A stretch of 64,000 bases of DNA from Eledone cirrhosa (taxonomy: Eukaryota). This document shows, in pieces, positions 1 through 14,637 of this stretch (positions are counted from its first letter, which is position 1; each line of letters starts with the position of its first letter). The notes beneath the pieces are model-generated. The model saw nothing but the letters and a program-made list of their open reading frames with translations. It had not been told where the DNA came from and made no database searches. The DNA lies in NCBI GenBank assembly GCA_964016885.1, contig OZ024741.1, positions 7,130,001 through 7,194,000 on the forward strand. The letters are read 5' to 3'. Made by a program: the position numbers and the translations under genes.

Positions 1-1637
1 GTGGAGGGTATAAACAGTTTTAAACTAGGAATGTTAGGTAGAGGGTATAAAGAGGTTTCAAGTAGGAATGTTAGGCGGAGGGTATAAATAGGTTTAAACT
101 AGGAATGTTAGGTAGAGGGTATAAACAGTTTTAAAGTAGGAACGTTAGGTAGAGTGTATAAACAGGTTTAAAGTAGGAATGTTAGGTGGAGGGTATAAAT
201 AGGTTTAAAGTAGGAATTTTAGGTGAAGGTTATAAATAGGTTTAAACTAGGAATGTTAGGTAGAGGGTATAAACAGGTTTAAACTAGGAATGTTAGGTGG
301 AGGGTATAAACAGGTTTAAACTAGAAATGTTAGGTAGAGTGTATAAACAGGTTTAAAGTAGGAATGTTAGGTTGAGGGTATAAACAGGTTTAAACTAGGA
401 ATGTTAGGTAGAGGGTATAAATAGGTTTAAACTAGGAATGTTAGGTGGAGGGTATAAATGGGTTTAAAGTAGGAATGTTAGGTGAAGGCTATAAACAGGT
501 TTAAACTAGGAGTGTTAGGTGGAGGGTATAAATAGGTTTAAACTAGGAGTGTTAGGTGAAGGGTATAAATAGGTTTAAACTAGGAATGTTAGGTGGAGGG
601 TATAAACAGGTTTAAACTAGGAGAGTTAGGTGGAGGGTATAAATAGGCTTAAACTAGGAATGTTAGGTGGAGGCTAAAAATAGGTTTAAACTAGGAATGT
701 TAGGTGGAGGGTATAAACAGGTTTAAACTAGGAATGTTAGGTTGAGGATATAAACAGGTTTAAACTAGGAGTTTTAGGTGAAGGCTTTAAATAGGTTTAA
801 ACTAGGAATATTGGGTGGAGGGTATAAATAGGTTTAAACTAGGAGTGTTAGGTGGAGGGTATAAACAGGTTTAAACTAGGAGTGTTAGGTGAAGGCCACA
901 AATAGGTTTAAACTAGGAATATTAGGTGGAGGGTATAAATAGGTTTAAACTAGGAATGTTAGGTTGAGGGTATAAATATTTTTAAACTAGGAATGTTAGG
1001 TAGAAGGTATAAATAGGTTTAAACGAGGAATGTTAGGTGGAGGGTATAAATAGGTTTAAACTAGGAGTGTTAGGTGCACGGTATAAATAGGTTTAAACTA
1101 GGAATGTTAGGTGGAGGGTATAAATAGGTTTAAACTAGGAATTTTAGGTGGAGGGTATAAATAGGTTTAAAGTAGGAATGTTAGGTGAAGGGTATAAATA
1201 GGTTTAAACTAGGAATGTTAGGTGGAGGGTATAAATAGGTTTAAAGTAGGAATGTTAGGTGAAGGGTATAAATAGGTTTAAACTAGGAATGTTAGGTGGA
1301 GGGTATAAACAGGTTTAAACTAGGAAAGTTAGTGGAGGGTATAAACAGGTTATAACTAGGAGTGTTAGGTGGAGGGTATAAATAGGTTTAAACTAGGAAA
1401 GTTAGGTGGAGGGTATAAAAGGTTTAAACTAGGAATGTTAGGTGGAGGGTATAAATAGGTTTAAACTACGAAAGTTAGGTGGAGGGTATAAATAGTTTTA
1501 AACTAGGAAAGTTAGGTGGAGGGTATAAATAGGTTTAAACTAGGAATGTTAGGTGGAGGGTATAAACAGGTTTAAACTAGAAATGTTAGGTAGAGGGTAT
1601 AAATAGGTTTAAAGTAGGAATGTTAGGTTGAGGGTAT

Positions 1638-1903
1638 TTTTGAAAATTAAAAAAAATATATATATACATATATATATATTTTTTTTAGATCGGCTTTCGT
1701 CAAATCGGACCAAGGAAACAATGTTTCCATTGGTCTTTTCAATTGCTGATACTATCTATCGGTCGCAACTCCAGGTAGAAGGAGCAATGTGAAATAAAGT
1801 GTCTTGCTCAAGGACATAACGCATCACCCGATCCGGGAATCGAACTCATAACTTCACGATTGTGACCCAATTCTCTAACCAACTCAGCCATACGCCTTCA
1901 CAC
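1638..1903 (-). mobile_element. tRNA-derived SINE (CORE-like central block), copy 1
   Basis: Minus strand has A box TGGCTGAGTTGG (1879-1890), B box GTTCGATTCCC (1835-1845), TGTCCTTGAGCAAGACACTT block and an A/TA-rich tail. Flanked by direct repeat GTTGAGGGTAT (1627-1637, 1904-1914). Confidence 0.9.
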
Positions 1904-4900
1904 GTTGAGGGTATAAATAGGTTTAAACTAGGAATGTTAGGTAGAGGGTATAAATAGGTTTAAACTAGAAATGTTAGGTAGAGGGTATAAATAGGTTTAA
2001 AGTAGGAATGTTGGGTAGAGGGTATAAACAGGATTGAACTAGGAATGTTAGGTGGAGGGTATAAACAGGTTTAAACTAGAAATGTTAGGTAGAGGGTATA
2101 AATAGTTTTAAAGTAGGAATGTTAGGTTGAGGGTATAAATAGGTTTAAACTAGGAATGTTAGGTAGAGGGTATAAAGAGGTTTAAACTAGGAATGTTAGG
2201 TGGAGGGTATAAATGGGTTTAAAGTAGGAATGTTAGGTGAAGGCTATAAACAGGTTTAAACTAAGAGTGTTAGGTGGAGGGTATAAATAGGTTTAAACTA
2301 GGAATGTTAGGTGGAGGGTATAAACAGGTTTAAACTAGGAATGTTAGGTGGAGGGTATAAACAGATTTAAAATAGGAGTGTTAGGTGAAGGTTATAAATA
2401 GGTTTAAACTAGGAATATTAGGTGGAGGGTATAAACAGGTTTAAACTAGGAGTGTTAGGTGGAGGGTATAAACAGGTTTAAACTAGGAGTATTAGGTGGA
2501 GGGTATAAAAAGGTTTAAACTAGGAATCTTAGGTAGAGGGTATAAATAGGTTTAAACTAGGAATGTTAGGTGGAGGCTATAAACAGGTTTAAACTAAGAG
2601 TGTTAGGTGAAGGCTATTAATAGGTTTAAACTAGGAATATTAGGTGGAGGGTATAAATAGGTTTAAACTAGGAGTGTTAAGTGGAGGGTATAAACAGGTT
2701 TAAACTAGGAATGTTAGGTAGAGGGTATAAATAGGTTTAAACTAGGAATGTTAGGTGGAGGGTATAAACAGTTTTAAACTAGGAATGTTAGGTAGAGGGT
2801 ATAAAGAGGTTTAAAGTAGGAAACTTAGGCGGAGGGTATAAACAGGTTTAAACTAGGAATGTTAGTTAGAGGGTATGAATAGGTTTATAGTAGGAATGTT
2901 AGGTAGAGGGTATAAATAGGTTTAAAGTAGGAATGTTAGGTGGAGGGTATAAATAGGTTTAAAGTAGGAGTGTTAGATGAACGCTATAAATAGGTTTAAA
3001 GTAGGAAAGTTAGGTGAAGGGTATAAATAGGTTTAAACAAGTAATGTCAGGTGCAGGGTATAAACAGGTTTAAACTAAGAATGTTAGGTGAAGGGTATAA
3101 ATATGTTTAAACTAGGAGTGTTAGGTAGAAGGTATGAATAGGTTTAAACTAGGAATATTAGGTGGAGGGTATAAATAAGTTTAAACTAGGAGTGTTAGGT
3201 GAAGGCTATAAATTGGTTTAAACTAGCAATGTCAGGTGCAGGGTATAAATAGGTTTAAACTAGGATTGTTAGGTGAAGGCTATAAATAGGTTTAAACTAG
3301 GAATATTAAGTGGAGGGTATAAATAGGTTTAAACTAGGAATGCTAGGTGGAGGGTATAAACAGGTTTAAACAAGGAGTGTTAGGTGAAGGCTATAAATAG
3401 GTTTAAACTATGAATATTAAGTGGAGGGTATAAATAGGTTTAAACTAGGAGTGTTAGGTGGAGGGTATAAAGAGTTTTAAACTAGGAATGTTAGGTGGAG
3501 CGTATAAATAGGTTTAAAGTAGGAATGTTAGGTAGAGGGTATAAATAGGTTTAAACTAGGAATGTTAGGTGGAGGGTATAAACAGGTTTAAACTAGGAAT
3601 GTTAGGTGGAGGGTATAAATAGGTTTAAACTAGGAATGTTAGCTGGAGGGTATAAATAGTTGTAAACTAGGAGTGTTAGGTGAAGGCTATAAATAGGTTT
3701 AAACTAGGAATATTAGGTGGAGGGTATAAATAGGTTTAAATTAGGAGTGTTAGGTGGAGGGTATAAACAGGTTTAAACTAGGAATGTTAGGTTGAGGGTA
3801 TAAACAGGTTTAAACTAGCAGTGTTAGGTGAAGTCTATTAATAGGTTTAAACTAGGAATATTAGGTGGAGGGTATAAATAGGTTTAAACTAGGAGTGTTA
3901 AGTGGAGGGTATAAACAGATTTAAACTAGGAGTGTTAGGGGAAGGCCATAAATAGGTCTACACTAGGAATATTAGGTGGAGGGTATAAATAGGTTTAAAC
4001 TAGGAATGTTAGGTGGAGGTTAAAAATAGGTTTAAGCTAGGAATATTAGGTGGAGGGTATAAATAGGTTTAAACTAGGAATGTTAGGTGGAGGGTATAAA
4101 TATGTTTAAACTAGGAATGTTAGGTAGAATGTATAAATAGGTTTAAACTAGGAATGTTAGGTGGAGGATATAAATAGGTTTAAACTAGGAATGTTAGGTG
4201 GAGGGTATAAATAGGTTTAAACTAGGAATGTTAGGTAGAGGGTATAAACAGGTTTAAAGTAGGAATGTTAGGTAGAGGGTATAAATAGGTTTAAAGTAGG
4301 AATGTTAGGTGGAGGGTATAAATAGGTTTAAAGTAGGAATGTTAGGTGAAGGGTATAAATAGTTTTAAACTAGGAATGTTAGGTTGAGGGTATAAACAGG
4401 TTTAAACTAGGAATGTTAGATAGAGGGTATAAACAGGTTTAAACTAGAAATGTTAGGTAGAGGGTATAAATAGGTTTAAAGTAGGAATGTTAGGTTGAGG
4501 GTATAAAAAGGTTTAAACTAGGAATGTTAGGTAGAGTGTATAAATAGGTTTAAACTAGGAAGGTTAGGTGGAGTGTATAAATAGGTTTAAATTAGGAATG
4601 TTAGGTGGAGGGTATAAACAGGTTTAAAGTAGGAATGTTAGGTGAAGTGTATAAATAGTTTTAAACTAGGAATGTTAGGTGGAGGGTATAAACAGGTTTA
4701 AACTAGAAATGTTAGGTAGAGGATATAAATAGGTTTAAAGTAGGAATGTTAGGTTGAGGGTATAAAGATGTTTAAACTAGGAATGTTAGGTAGAGGGTAT
4801 AAATAGGTTTAAACTAGGAAGGTTAGGTGGAGTGTATAAACAGTTTTAAACTAGGAGTGTTAGGTGAAGGCTATAAATAGGTTTAAACTATGAATATTAG

Positions 4901-7900
4901 GTGGAGGGTATAAATAGATTTAAACTAGGAGTGTTAGGTGGAGGGTATAAATAGGTTTAAACTAGGATTGTTAGGTTCAACGTATAAATAGGTTTAAACT
5001 AGGAGTGTTAGAGGAAGGCTATAAATAGGTTTAAACTAGGAATATTAGGTGGAGGGGATAAATAGGTTTAAACTAGGAGTGTTAGGTGGAGGGTATAAAC
5101 AGGTTTAAATTAGGAGTGTTATCTAGAGGGTATAAATAGGTTTAAAGTAGGAATGTTAGGTAGAGGGTATAAATAGGTTTAAACCAGGAATGTTAGGTGG
5201 AGGGTATAAATAGTTTTAAACTAGGAATGTTAGGTGGAGGGTATAAATAGTTTTAAACTAGGAATGTTAGGTAGAGGGTATAAAGAGGTTTAAAGTAGGA
5301 ATGTTAGGCGGAGGGTATAAACAGGTTTAAATTAGGAATGTTAGGTAGAGGGTATAAATAGGTTTAAAGTAGGAATGTTAGGTAGAGGGTATAAACAGGT
5401 TTAAAGTAGGTATGTTAGATGGAGGGTATAAAGAGGTTTATAGTAGGAATGTCAGGTGAAGGGTATAAATTGGTTTAAACTAGGAATGTTAGGTAGAGTG
5501 TATAAACAGGTTTAAACTAGGAATGTTAGGTGGAGGGTATAAACAGGTTTAAACTAGAAATGTTAGGTAGAGGGTATAAATAGGTTTAAAGTAGGAAAAT
5601 TAGGTTGAGGGTATAAACAGGTTTAAACTAGGAATGTTAGGTAGAGGGTATAAACAGGTTTAAAGTAGGAATGTTAGGTGAAGGGTATAAACAGGTTTAA
5701 ACTAGGAATGTTAGGTGGAGGGTATAAATAGGTTTAAAGTAGGAATGTTAGGTGGAGGGTATAAATAGGTTTAAACTAGGAAAGTTAGGTGGAGGGTATA
5801 AACAGGTTTAAACTAGGAATGTTAGGTGGAGGTTAAAAATAGGTTTAAACTAGGAGTGTTAGGTGGAGGGTTTAAATAGGTTTAAACTAGGAGTGTTAGG
5901 TGAAGGCTATAAATAGGTTTAAACTAGGAATATTAGGTGGAGGGTATAAATAGGTTGAAACGAGGAGGGTTAGGTGGAGGGTATAAATAGGTTTAAACTA
6001 GGAGTGTTAGGTGAAGGCTATAAATAGGTTTAAACTAGGAATATTAGGTGGAGGCTATAAATAGGTTTAAACTAGGAGTGTTAGGTGGAGGTTATAAACA
6101 GGTTTAAACTAGGAGAGTTAGGTGAAGGCCATAAATAGGTTTAAACTAGGAATATTAGGTGGAGGGTATAAATAGGTTTAAACTAGGAATGTTAGGTGGA
6201 GGTTAAAAATAGGTTTAAACTAGGAGTGTTAGGTGGAGGGTTTAAATAGGTTTAAACTAGGAATGTTAGGTGGAGGGTATAAATAGGTTTCAACTAGGAG
6301 TGTTAGGTGCAGGGTATAAATAGGTTTAAACTAGGAATGTTAGGTGGAGGGTATAAATAGGTTTAAAGTAGGAATGTTAGGCGGAGGGTATAAACAGGTT
6401 TAAACTAGGAATGTTAGGTAGAGGGTATAAACAGGTTTAAAGTAGGAATGTTAGGTAGAGGGTATAAACAGGTTTAAAGTAGGAATGTTAGGTGGAGGGT
6501 ATAAATAGGTTTAAAGTAGGAAAGTTAGGTGGAGGGTATAAATAGGTTTAAACTAGGAGTGTTAGGTGAAGGCTATAAATAGGTTTAAACTAGGAATATT
6601 AGGTGGAGGCTATAAACAGGTTTAAACTAGGAGAGTTAGGTGAAGGCCATAAATAGGTTTAAACTAGGAATATTAGGTGGAGGGTATAAATAGGTTTAAA
6701 CTAGGAATGTTAGGTGGAGGTTAAAAATAGGTTTAAACTAGGAGTGTTAGGTGGAGGGTTTAAATAGGTTTAAACTAGGAGAGTTAGGTAGAAGGTATAA
6801 ATAGGTTTAAACTAGGAATGTTAGGTGGAGGGTATAAATAGGTTTCAACTAGGAGTGTTAGGTGCAGGGTATAAATAGGTTTAAACTAGGAATGTTAGGT
6901 GGAGGGTATAAATAGGTTTAAAGTAGGAATGTTAGGCGGAGGGTATAAACAGGTTTAAACTAGGAATGTTAGGTAGAGGGTATAAACAGGTTTAAACTAG
7001 GAATGTTACGTAGAGGGTATAAACAGGTTTAAACTAGGAATGTTAGGTGGAGGGTATAAATGGGTTTAAAGTAGGAATGTTAGGTGAAGGCTATAAACAG
7101 GTTTAAACTAAGAGTGTTAAGTGGAGGGTATAAACAGGTTTAAACTAGGAGTGTTAGGTGAAGGGTATAAATAGGTTTAAAGTAGGAGTGTTAGGTGAAG
7201 GGTATAAAGAGGTTTAAACTAGGAATGTTAGGTGGAGGGTATAAATGGGTTTAAAGTAGGAATGTTAGGTGAAGGCTATAAACAGGTTTAAACTTAGAGT
7301 GTTATGTGGAGGGTATAAATAGGTTTAAACTAGGAGTGTTAGGTGAGGGGGTATAAATAGGTTTAAATTAGGAGTGTTAGGTGAAGGGTATAAATAGTTT
7401 TAAACTAGGAATGTTAGGTGGAGGGTATAAATAAGTTTAAACTAGGAATGTTAGGTGGAGGGTATAAACATTTTTAAACTAGGAGTGTTAGGTGAAGGCT
7501 ATAAATAGGTTTAAACAAGGAATATTAGGTGGAGGGTATAAACAGGTTTAAACTAGGAGTGTTAGGTGGAGGGTATAAACAGGTTTAAATTAGGAGTGTT
7601 ATCTAGAGGGTATAAATAGGTTTAAAGTAGGAATGTTAGGTAGAGGGTATAAATAGGTTTAAACCAGGAATGTTAGGTGGAGGGTATAAATAGTTTTAAA
7701 CTAGGAATTTTAGGTGGAGGGTATAAATAGTTTTAAACTAGGAATGTTAGGTAGAGGGTATAAAGAGGTTTAAAGTAGGAATGTTAGGCGGAGGGTATAA
7801 ACAGGTTTAAATTAGGAATGTTAGGTAGAGGGTATAAATAGGTTTAAAGTAGGAATGTTAGGTAGAGGGTATAAACAGGTTTAAAGTAGGTATGTTAGAT

Positions 7901-9056
7901 GGAGGGTATAAAGAGGTTTATAGTAGGAATGTCAGGTGAAGGGTATAAACTGGTTTAAACTAGGAATGTTAGGTAGAGTGTATAAACAGGTTTAAACTAG
8001 GAATGTTAGGTGGAGGGTATTAACAGGTTTAAACTAGAAATGTTAGGTAGAGGGTATAAACAGGTTTAAAGTAGGAATGTTAGGTGAAGGGTATAAACAG
8101 GTTTAAACTAGGAATGTTAGGTGGAGGGTATAAATAGGTTTAAAGTAGGAATGTTAGGTGGAGGGTATAAATAGGTTTAAACTAGGAAAGTTAGGTGGAG
8201 GGTATAAACAGGTTTAAACTAGGAATGTTAGGTGGAGGGTATAAACAGTTTTAAACTGGGAGTGTTAGGTGAAGGCTATAAATAGGTTTAAACTAGGAAT
8301 ATTAGGTGGAGGGTATAAATAGGTTGAAACGAGGAGGGTTAGGTGGAGGGTATAAATAGGTTTAAACTAGGAGTGTTAGGTGAAGGCTATAAATAGGTTT
8401 AAACTAGGAATATTAGGTGGAGGCTATAAATAGGTTTAAACTAGGAGTGTTAGGTGGAGGGTATAAACAGGTTTAAACTAGGAGAGTTAGGTGAAGGCCA
8501 TAAATAGGTTTAAACTAGGAATATTAGGTGGAGGGTATAAATAGGTTTAAACTAGGAATGTTAGGTGGAGGTTAAAAATAGGTTTAAACTAGGAGTGTTA
8601 GGTGGAGGGTTTAAATAGGTTTAAACTAGGAATGTTAGGTGGAGGGTATAAATAGGTTTCAACTAGGAGTGTTAGGTGCAGGGTATAAATAGGTTTAAAC
8701 TAGGAATGTTAGGTGGAGGGTATAAATAGGTTTAAAGTAGGAATGTTAGGCGGAGGGTATAAACAGGTTTAAACTAGGAATGTTAGGTAGAGGGTATAAA
8801 CAGGTTTAAAGTAGGAATGTTAGGTAGAGGGTATAAACAGATTTAAAGTAGGAATGTTAGGTGGAGGGTATAAATAGGTTTAAAGTAGGAAAGTTAGGTG
8901 GAGGGTATAAATAGGTTTAAACTAGGAATGTTAGGTGGAGGGTATAAATAGGTTTAAACTAGGAATGTTAGGTGGAGGGTATAAACAGGTTTAAACTAGA
9001 AATGTTAGGTAGAGGATATAAATAGGTTTAAAGTAGGAATGTTAGGTTGAGGGTAT

Positions 9057-9319
9057 TTTTTAAAATAAAAAAAATATATATATACATATATATATTTTTT
9101 TTTAGATCGACTTTCGTCAAATCGGACCAAGGAAACAATGTTTCCATTGGTCTTTCCAATTGCTGATACTATCTATCGGTCGCAACTCCAGGTAGAGGAG
9201 CAATGTGAAATAAAGTGTCTTGCTCAAGGACATAACGCATCACCCGATCCAGGAATCGAACTCATAACTTCACGATTGTGACCCAATTCTCTAACCAACT
9301 CAGCCATACGCCTTCACAC
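9057..9319 (-). mobile_element. tRNA-derived SINE, copy 2
   Basis: Near-identical to copy 1, with the same GTTGAGGGTAT flanks. Confidence 0.9.
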
Positions 9320-11956
9320 GTTGAGGGTATAAACAGGTTTAAATTAGGAATATTAGGTAGAGGGTATAAAGAGGTTTAAACTAGGAATGTTAGGTAGAAG
9401 GTATAAATAGGTTTAAAATAGGAATGTTAGGTAGAGGGTATAAACAGGTTTAAACTAGGAATGTTAGGTAGAGGGTATAAATAGGTTTAAAGTAGGAATG
9501 TTAGGTTGAGGGTATAAACAGGTTTAAACTAGGAATGTTAGGTAGAGGGTATAAACAGGTTTAAACTAGGAATGTTAGGTGGAGGGTATAAATGGGTTTA
9601 AAGTAGGAATGTTAGGTGAAGGCTATAAACAGGTTTAAACTAAGAGTGTTAAGTGGAGGGTATAAACAGGTTTAAACTAGGAGTGTTAGGTGAAGGGTAT
9701 AAATAGGTTTAAAATAGGAGTGTTAGGTGAAGGGTATAAAGAGGTTTAAACTAGGAATGTTAGGTGGAGGGTATAAATGGGTTTAAAGTAGGAATGTTAG
9801 GTAAAGGCTATAAACAGGTTTAAACTAAGAGTGTTATGTGGAGGGTATAAATAGGTTTAAACTAGGAGTGTTAGGTGAGGGGGTATAAATAGGTTTAAAT
9901 TAGGAGTGTTAGGTGAAGGGTATAAATAGTTTTAAACTAGGAATGTTAGGTGGAGGGTATAAATAAGTTTAAACTAGGAATGTTAGGTGGAGGGTATAAA
10001 CATTTTTAAACTAGGAGTGTTAGGTGAAGGCTATAAATAGGTTTAAACAAGGAATATTAGGTGGAGGGTATAAACAGGTTTAAACTAGGAGTGTTAGGTG
10101 GAGGGTATAAACAGGCTTAAACTAGGAATGTTAGGTTGAGGGTATAAACAGGTTTAAACTAGTAGTGTTAGGTGAAGGCTATAATAGGTTTAAACTAGGA
10201 ATATTAGGTGGAGGGTATAAACAGGTTTAAACTAGGAGTGTTACGTGGAGGGTATAAATAGGTTTAAACTAGGAGTGTTAGGTGAAGGCCATAAACAGGT
10301 TTAAACTAGGAATATTAGGTGGAGGGTATAAACAGGTTTAAACTAGGAATGTTAGGTGGAAGTTAAACATAGGTTTAAACTAGGAATGTTAGGTGGAGGG
10401 TATAAATATGTTTAAACTAGGAATGTTAGGTAGAAGGTATAAATAGGTTTAAACTAGGAATGTTAGGTGGAGGGTATAAATAGGTTTAAACTAGGAGTGT
10501 TAGGTGCAGGGTATAAACAGGTTTCAACTAGGAATGTTAGGTGGAGGGTATAAATAGGTTTAAAGTAAGAATGTTAGGCGGAGGGTATAAATAAGTTTAA
10601 ACTAGGAATGTTAGGTAGAGGGTATAAACAGGTTTAAAGTAGGAATGTTAGGTAGAGGGTATAAATAGGTTTAAAGTAGGAATGTTAGGTGGAGGGTATA
10701 AATAGGTTTAAAGTAGGAATGTTAGGTGAAGGGTATAAACAGGTTTAAACTAGGAATGTTAGGTAGAGGGTATAAATATGTTTAAACCAGGAATGTTAGG
10801 TGGAGGGTATAAATAGGTTTAAACTAGAAATGTTAGGTAGAGGGTATAAAAAGGTTTAATGTAGGAATGTTAGGTTGAGGGTATAAATAGGTTTAAACTA
10901 GGAATGGTAGGTAGAGGGTATAAATAGGTTTAAACTAGGAATGTTAGGTGGAGGGTATAAATAGGTTTAAAGTAGGAATGTTAGGTGAAGGTTATAAATA
11001 GGATTAAACTAGGAATGTTAGGTGGAGGGTATAAATGGGTTTAAAGTAGGCATGTTAGGTGAAGGCTATAAACAGTTTTAAACTAGTAATGTTAGGTGGA
11101 GGGTATAAACAGGTTTAAACTAGGAATGTTAGGTAGAGGGTATAAACAGGTTTAAACCAGGAATGTTAGGTGGAGGGTATAAATAGGTTTAAACTAGAAA
11201 TGTTAGGTAGAGGATATAAAAAGGTTTAAAGTAGGAATGTTAGGTTGAGGGTATAAATAGGTTTAAACTAGCAATGGTAGGTAGAGGGTATAAAAAGGTT
11301 TAAAGTAGGAATGTTAGGTTGAGGGTATAAACAGGTTTAAACTAGGAATGGTAGGTAGAGGGTATAAATAGGTTTAAACTAGGAATGTTAGGTGGAGGGT
11401 ATAAATAGGTTTAAAGTAGGAATGTTAGGTGAAGGTTATAAATAGGATTAAACTAGGAATGTTAGGTGGAGGGTATAAATGGGTTTAAAGTAGGCATGTT
11501 AGGTGAAGGCTATAAACAGTTTTAAACTAGTAATGTTAGGTGGAGGGTATAAACAGGTTTAAACTAGGAATGTTAGATGGAGGGTATAAATAGGTTTAAA
11601 GTAGGAATGTTAGGTGAAGGGTATAAACAGGCTTAAAGTCAGAATGTTAGGTAGAGGGTATAAACAGGTTTAATCTAGGAATATTAGGTGGAGGGTATAA
11701 ATAGGTTTAAAGTAGGAATGTTAGGTGGAGGGTATAAACAGGTTTAAACTAGGAAAGTTAGTGGAGGGTATAAACAAGTTATAACTAGGAGTGTTAGGTG
11801 GAGGGTATAAACAGGTTTAAACTAGGAAAGTTAGGTGGAGGGTATAAATAGGTTTAAACTAGGAATGTAAGGTGGAGGGTATAAACAGGTTTAAACTAGA
11901 AATGTTAGGTAGAGGGTATAAAAAGGTTTAAAGTAGGAATGTTAGGTAGAGGGTAT

Positions 11957-12222
11957 TTTTTAAAATTAAAAAAAATATATATATACATATATATATATGT
12001 TTTTTAGATCGACTTTCGTCAAATCGGACCAAGGAAACAATGTTTCCATTGGTCTTTCCAATTGCTGATACTATCTATCGGTCGCAACTCCAGGTAGAAG
12101 GAGCAATGTAAAATAAAGTGTCTTGCTCAAGGACATAACGCATCACCCGATCCGGGAATCGAACTCATAACTTCACGATTGTGACCCAATCCTCTAACCA
12201 ACTCAGCCATACGCCTTCACAC
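11957..12222 (-). mobile_element. tRNA-derived SINE, copy 3
   Basis: Near-identical to copy 1; flanks GTAGAGGGTAT / GTTGAGGGTGT. Confidence 0.9.
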
Positions 12223-14637
12223 GTTGAGGGTGTAAACAGGTTTAAACTAGGAATGTTAGGTAGAGGGTATAAATAGGTTTAAACTAGGAATGTTAGGTAG
12301 AGGGTATAAATAGGTTTAAAATAGGAATGTTAGGTAGAGTGTATAAACAGGTTTAAACTAGGAATGTTAGGTGGAGGGTATAAACAGCTTTAAACTAGAA
12401 ATGTTAGGTAGAGGTTATAAATAGGTTTAAAGTAGGAATGTTAGGTTGAAGGTATAAACAGGTTTAAACTAGGAATGTTAGGTACAGGGTATAAACAGGT
12501 TTAAACTAGGAATGTTAGGTGGAGGGTATAAATGGGTTTAAAGTAGGAATGTTAGGTGAAGGCTATAAACAGGTTTAAACTATGAGTGTTATGTGGAGGG
12601 TATAAATAGGTTTAAACTAGGAGTGTTAGGTGAGGGGTATAAATAGGTTTAAAGTAGGAATGTTAGGTGGAGGGTATAAATAGGTTTAAAGTAGGAATGT
12701 TAGGTGAAGGGTATAAACAGGTTTAAACTAGGAATGTTAGGTAGAGGGCATAAACAGGTTTAAACCAGGAATGTTAGGTGGATGGTATAAATAGGTTTAA
12801 ACTAGAAATGTTAGGTAGAGGGTATAAAAAGGTTTAAAGTAGGAATGTTAGGTTGAGGGTATAAATAGGTTTAAACTAGGAATGGTAGGTAGGGGGTATA
12901 AATAGGTTTAAAGTAGGAATGTTAGGTGAAGGTTATAAATAGGATTAAACTAGGAATGTTAGGTGGAGGGTAAAAATGGGTTTAAAGTAGGCATGTTAGG
13001 TGAAGGCTATAAACAGTTTTAAACTAGGAGTGTTAGGTGGAGGGTATAAATAGGTTTAAACTAGTAATGTTGGGTGGAGGGTATAAACAGGTTTAAACTA
13101 GGATAGTTAGGTGGAGGGTATAAATAGGTTTAAAGTAGGAATGTTAGGTGAAGAATATAAACAGGCTTAAAGTCAGAATGTTAGGTAGAGGGTATAAATA
13201 GGTTTAATCTAGGAATATTAGGTAGAGGGTATAAATAGGTTTAAACTAGGAATGTTAGGTAGAGGGTATAAATAGGTTTAAAATAGGAATGTTAGGTAGA
13301 GGGTATAAACAGGTTTAAACTAGGAATGTTAGGTGGAGGGTATAAACAGCTTTAAACTAGAAATGTTAGGTAGAGGGTATAAATAGTTTTAAAGTAGGAA
13401 TGTTAGGTTGAAGGTATAAACAGGTTTAAACTAGGAATGTTAGGTGGAGTGTATAAATGGTTTTAAAGTAGGAATGTTAGGTGAAGGCTATAAACAGGTT
13501 TAAACTAAGAGTGTTATGTGGAGGGTATAAATAGGTTTAAACTAGGAGTGTTATGTGAGGGGTATAAATAGGTTTAAAGTAGGAGTGTTAGGTGAAGAGT
13601 ATAAATATTTTTAAACTAGGAATGTTAGGTGGAGGGTATAAATAGGTTTAAACTAGGAATGTTAGGTGGAGGGTATAAACAGTTTTAAAGTAGGAGTGTT
13701 AGATGAAGGCTATAAATAGGTTTAAACAAGGAATATTAGGTGGAGCGTATAAACAGGTTTAAACTAGGAGAGTTAGGTGGAGGGTATAAATAGGCTTAAA
13801 CTAGGAATGTTATGTTGAGGGTATAAAAAGGTTTAAACTAGTAGTGTTAAGTGAAGGCTATAAATAGGTTTAAAATAGGAATATTAGGTGGAGGGTATAA
13901 ACAGGTTTAAACTAGGAGTGTTAGGTGGAGGTTATAAATAGGTTTAAACTAGGAGTGTTAGGTTAAGGCCATAAACAGGTTTAAACTAGGAATATTAGGT
14001 GGAGGGCATAAACAGGTTTAAACTAGGAATGTTAGATGGAAGTTAAACATAGGTTTAAACTAGGAATGTTAGGTGGAGGGTATAAATAGGTTTAAACTAG
14101 GAATATTAGGTGGAGGGTATAAATATGTTTAAACTAGGAGAGTTAGGTGGAGGGTATAAATAGGTTTAAACTAGGAATGTTAGGTAGAGGGTATAAATAG
14201 GTTTAAACTAGTAATGTTAGGTGGAGGGTATAAACAGGTTTAAACTAGGAATGTTAGGTGGAGGGTATAAATAGGTTTAAATTAGGAATGTTAGGTGAAG
14301 GCTATAAACAGGCTTAAAGTCAGAATGTTAGGTAGAGGGTATAAAAAGGTTTAATCTAGGAATATTAGGTGGAGGGTATAAATAGGTTTAAAGTAGGAAT
14401 GTTAGGTGGAGGGTATAAATAGGTTTAAACTAGGAAAGTTAGTGGAGGGTATAAACAGGTTATAACTAGGAGTGTTAGGTGGAGGGTATAAACAGGTTTA
14501 AACTAGGAAAGTTAGGTGGAGGGTATAAATAGGTTTAAACTAGGAATGTTAGGTGGAGGGTATAAAGAGGTTTGAACTAGAAATGTTAGGTAGAGGGTAT
14601 AAACAGGTTTAAAGTAGTAATGTTAGGTAGAGGGTAT

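Noticed and set aside
1638-1903. tRNA gene cluster
   Set aside because: A and B boxes are present, but I see no convincing acceptor stem, and a SINE body, tail and target duplication follow.
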